A stretch of DNA of 63,337 nt, the filler included, from Chiloscyllium plagiosum (Eukaryota): assembly GCF_004010195.1 (NCBI RefSeq). It is 5 parts of one record of this genome, joined end to end, with 100 filler letters (N's around TTAATTAATTAA, not from the genome) between each part and the next. Parts side by side here need not be neighbours in the genome. Positions count along the whole stretch, not along the records: positions 59,877 to 63,337 come from NC_057713.1; 4 more parts are not named here. One strand, written 5' to 3'. The first letter of the stretch is position 1; each line of letters opens with the position of its first letter. The notes under the pieces are model-generated. The model saw only the letters and a list, made by a program, of their open reading frames with translations, was not told the DNA's origin and did not search any database. The translations under genes were made by a program, and so were the position numbers. This document shows positions 59,877-63,337 of this stretch, piece after piece.

Positions 59877-60838
59877 GATTTGCCTTTCCAAAATGCAGCA
59901 CCTCACATTATTTCTAAAGTAAACTCTGTCTGCCACTCCTCAGCTCATTGGCCCATCTAATCAAGATCCCGTTGTACGCTGAGGTAAACATTTTCACTGT
60001 GATCTGGGTGCCTTTGTACATAACTCAATAAAAATAAATGGTGGTAATATATTGCTTAGTGGTTAACACTACTGCCTCACAATGCTAGGGACCTGGGTTC
60101 AATTCCACCCTCAGGCCACTGCCTGTTTGGAATTTGCACATTCTCCCCCATGTCTAGTGGGTTTCCTCCCACAATTCAAACATATGCACATGTTCAAATT
60201 TCTTTTAAATATTGCAACTGTACCTGCATCTGGCAATTCATTCCACATATGAATCACGCTCTGTGCTAAAAAGCTGCCCCTAAGGTCCCTTTTAAATCTT
60301 TCTCCTTTCACTTTAACATTATGCCCTCTAGTTTTGAAATCTTCCACCCTTTGCTATTCACTCTTTCTATGCTCCTTCTGATTTTATAAACCTCTATAAG
60401 GTCACCCTTCAACCACCTACACTCCAAAGGAAAATCATGCCAGCTTATCCAGCCTCTCCCTACAACTCAAACTCTCCAGTCTCGGTAACACACTTGTAAA
60501 TCTTTTCTGCACCCTCTCCAATAACATTCTTCAGAGAACAGAATAACAGGGTTGGACAGACTAGATGCACAGGGGATCTTTCCCATGATTGGGGAGTTAA
60601 GAACCAAGAGGACACTGTCTTAAGGTACAGAATAGGCAATTTAGGACTGAAACGAGGAAATATTTCTTCTCTCAAACCATAATGAAACTGTCAAATTTGC
60701 TACCACAAAAGGTTAGCGAGGCTCGTTTGTTGAACATATTCAAGAAAGAGATTGATACATTTTTAGATATTAAAAGCATCAAGGAGAACGGAAAGAAAGC
60801 AACATTATGGTGTGATAAAGGTTCAAAATGATCATAAT
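59877..60838. mobile_element. Cluster of CR1/HER1 fragments (both strands) and an HE1 head (~60040-60180)
   Basis: KGERFKRDLRG on the minus strand; CTGCCTCACAATGCTAGGGACCTGGGTTCAATTCC. Confidence 0.65.
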
Positions 60839-63337
60839 TGTTACGACATGGGGTAAACACTCCTGCTTAATTTGAAACCAGCAACACAGAAAGGATTTAT
60901 CCTGTGCAGTGATCTGTAAAGATTGGCGTGGCCAAGGGCTATTTAAAGTAAAAATTACAACTTTATTTCTTAAGGTATAACAAAGTATAAGTAACTAAGC
61001 ACTATTTACAATTTCTTTCTCTAACCTATCTTTTACCTTCCCTTCTATAATACAAGTCCGATAAAGCTTCCAATTAAAATTTACAAAACAACACTTCTTA
61101 TTTCAAAATCAGGCAGCTGTAGGTTCTTGTCTTCAGATCTTCATGTGTCTTCTTTTCTCCTTGTTAGGAATTTCTGCGTCACAGGCTACTGATCGAAAAG
61201 GTACTTTTAAGAGAGATATCTTTTCAAGCAGTCTGTTTCATGCGAGGACTTGGCAGTTCTCCTCTCAACTGTTCAATTTTCCCCAGGTCGTATACCGCAG
61301 GGCATCGGATTGTGTCATTGGTTTTTAAGATTGTCAATATACTCAATTCAAACTTGATTGGAAATTTGTATTATTTTCAGGGTATAATTTAAACTGACCG
61401 GCCAAATTCAAATTTGTTTTTGTCTCCAGGCAATGAGCTAAGCAAGTTGTTCAACCAAGTGTTACATCTGTTGTTGCCTTGTTGGGAACACTTGGTACTG
61501 TGTCCAGTAGTTCTGCTGCTTTTAACTCTCTTAAAGTACACCCACATCTTCATAACACCTCCCCCTTAAGAAAAAATGAACCATCATAATGAAAAGATGG
61601 CTTCATTTATTTTTTCTATCTTTAAACATACTACCCTAACATACTGCTAACTTTCATGTAAGTTCATCTTAACCTCTTCCCATATACCTATACGTAATAT
61701 ATATGTAAAACATTAAATAAAGACAAATCTCATTTAAATTCTATCAGTTAAGTCTGCGATAACGTGTCTGCAATTACATTCTTCTGACCCGAAATATGTA
61801 TGATTCTTAAATTAAAAATCTGAAATGTAAGACTCCAATGAAATAGTCTCATATTCTTATCTTTAAAATGTTCTAAGGATGTAAGCAGATTGTGATCATC
61901 TCTGACACATTGTTCGTGACATACACATTAAAATATTGCAAGGCCAGTACCAAACTCAACGGTTCCTTTTTGTTTGGGGAGTATTTCCTCTGGTGGATGT
62001 CAATCTTCTTCGAAGAGTAACCAACAGGCGGTTCAATCCCATCCTCATCTTCCTGTAGAAGTACAGCTCCAACTCCTATGTCACTAGCATCGATGGCGAC
62101 TTTAAAAGGTTTTGAAAAGTTTGGTGTAGCTAAAACTGGTTTGGTGGTTAATATGGCTTTCAAATGCTCGAATGCCTCCTGGTATGGTTCTGTCCATCAA
62201 AACTTTGTGTTCTTCTTCAGCAAATTGGTTAACAGTGCCACTGTACTGCTGAGGTTTGGAACAAACTTCCAATAGAATCCACTGAGTCCTAAGAATCGAA
62301 GCACCTCTTTCTTCGAGATTGGTTGTGTAAATTCCTCAATGGCCTTCATCTTTGCATTCCTTGGGGTCAACCTTCCATGACCGATGTTACGTCCCAAGAA
62401 CGTCACCTCTGCTTTCGCAAATTCCGTGTTGTTTAAGTTAATCGCCAGTTTTGCTTCTCGTAGTTGTTCAAAGAGCTCTGCCAACTGTACCATGTGATCT
62501 TTCCAGGACTTACTAAAGATCACTACATTGTCCAAATAGACTGCACAGTTTGTTAACCCATCCACAAATCTGTTCATGAGTCTTTCAAACATGGCAGGCA
62601 TGTTCTTCATTCCAAAATGTATCACTTTAAACTGATATAGCCCATTTGGAATCACAAACACAGAAATTTCTTTCGCCGTCTCTGATAAAGGTAAGTAACC
62701 GCGCATCAAGTCCAACTTAGTGATGTAATTGGCTTGTCCGACTTTCTTGATACAGTCCTCCAATTTAGGAATTGGATATGAGTCTGATTTTGTAACAGCG
62801 TTGGCCTTGTGATAATCCATGCAGAATCATTGAGTCCCGTCTGGTTTGGGAACTAAGATGATCGGCAAACTCCACTCGCTCTGGCTTGGTTCAATGATGT
62901 TCTCATCGAGCAGGGCCTCCACCTCCATCTGGACCTGTCTGGCTTTGAGGAGATTAAGCTGTTGGGGTTTTGTTTTATCGGAGCAGCATTCCCTACATCT
63001 ACTTCATGTAGAATAACATTAGTCCTCCCTATCTGATTCTTACATATGTCCTTATACTGCAGTAACAAATCTTTCAATTGCATTCTGTGCTCCCGAGACA
63101 GATTGCTTACTAATCTATCTCACTCATTTTTTAATCGATTTTGAGGCACCTCAAAATCCACATCATCTGGATTTGATTCCTCACTCTGTGGGCCAGTAAC
63201 TAACACCTGTTTCTCCAGTTCTTTCTCTCTGGTGTAATACGGTTTCAACATGTTCACATGACATACCCGATACCTTTTAATTCTATCTGACATCTTTACT
63301 AAATAGTTCACCTGACTCAACTTTTTCTCAATTTGAT
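60839..63337 (-). mobile_element. Second Gmr1-like Gypsy element (RT-RH-3' LTR), running off the window
   Basis: LTR 60839-61557 homologous to 41320-42025; PPT 61558-61568; RT (YLDN for YLDD) and RH (AIDASDIGVGAVLLQ) lead straight to the LTR with no integrase in between. Confidence 0.9.

Noticed and set aside
166..63320. Most ORFs in the six-frame track as host genes
   Set aside because: They are sense or antisense translations of LINE, SINE, PLE and LTR fragments, for example the recurring LTCTSLDCGRKPEHPEETH from antisense HE1.
1..63337. CRISPR array or prokaryotic operon
   Set aside because: No regularly spaced repeat-spacer array; the sequence is vertebrate repeat-rich DNA.

Overview
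AT-rich, repeat-saturated vertebrate genomic DNA, most likely from a shark: it carries HE1-type tRNA-derived SINEs and their partner HER1/CR1-type LINEs. Four 100-bp gaps of the form N44-TTAATTAATTAA-N44 split the window into five contigs, so adjacency across them is not guaranteed. Nearly all track ORFs are transposon fragments: CR1/HER1, Rex-Babar and L1 LINEs, Penelope-like elements (PLEs), two Gmr1-like Gypsy LTR elements and a decayed endogenous retrovirus. A few scattered minus-strand exons suggest a host gene that I cannot identify. The most notable observations are (i) at least ten minimal hammerhead ribozyme motifs from about five PLE families, with covarying stems and one extra base after A9; (ii) a retrovirus with two RNase H domains and an atypical env, resembling lokiretroviruses; (iii) a 241-bp copy of nearby genomic DNA embedded in a LINE 3' end; and (iv) a ~1-kb spacer-less Penelope palindrome with a 13-bp TSD. 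Family names come from motif recognition, not database searches, and boundaries of old repeats are approximate.
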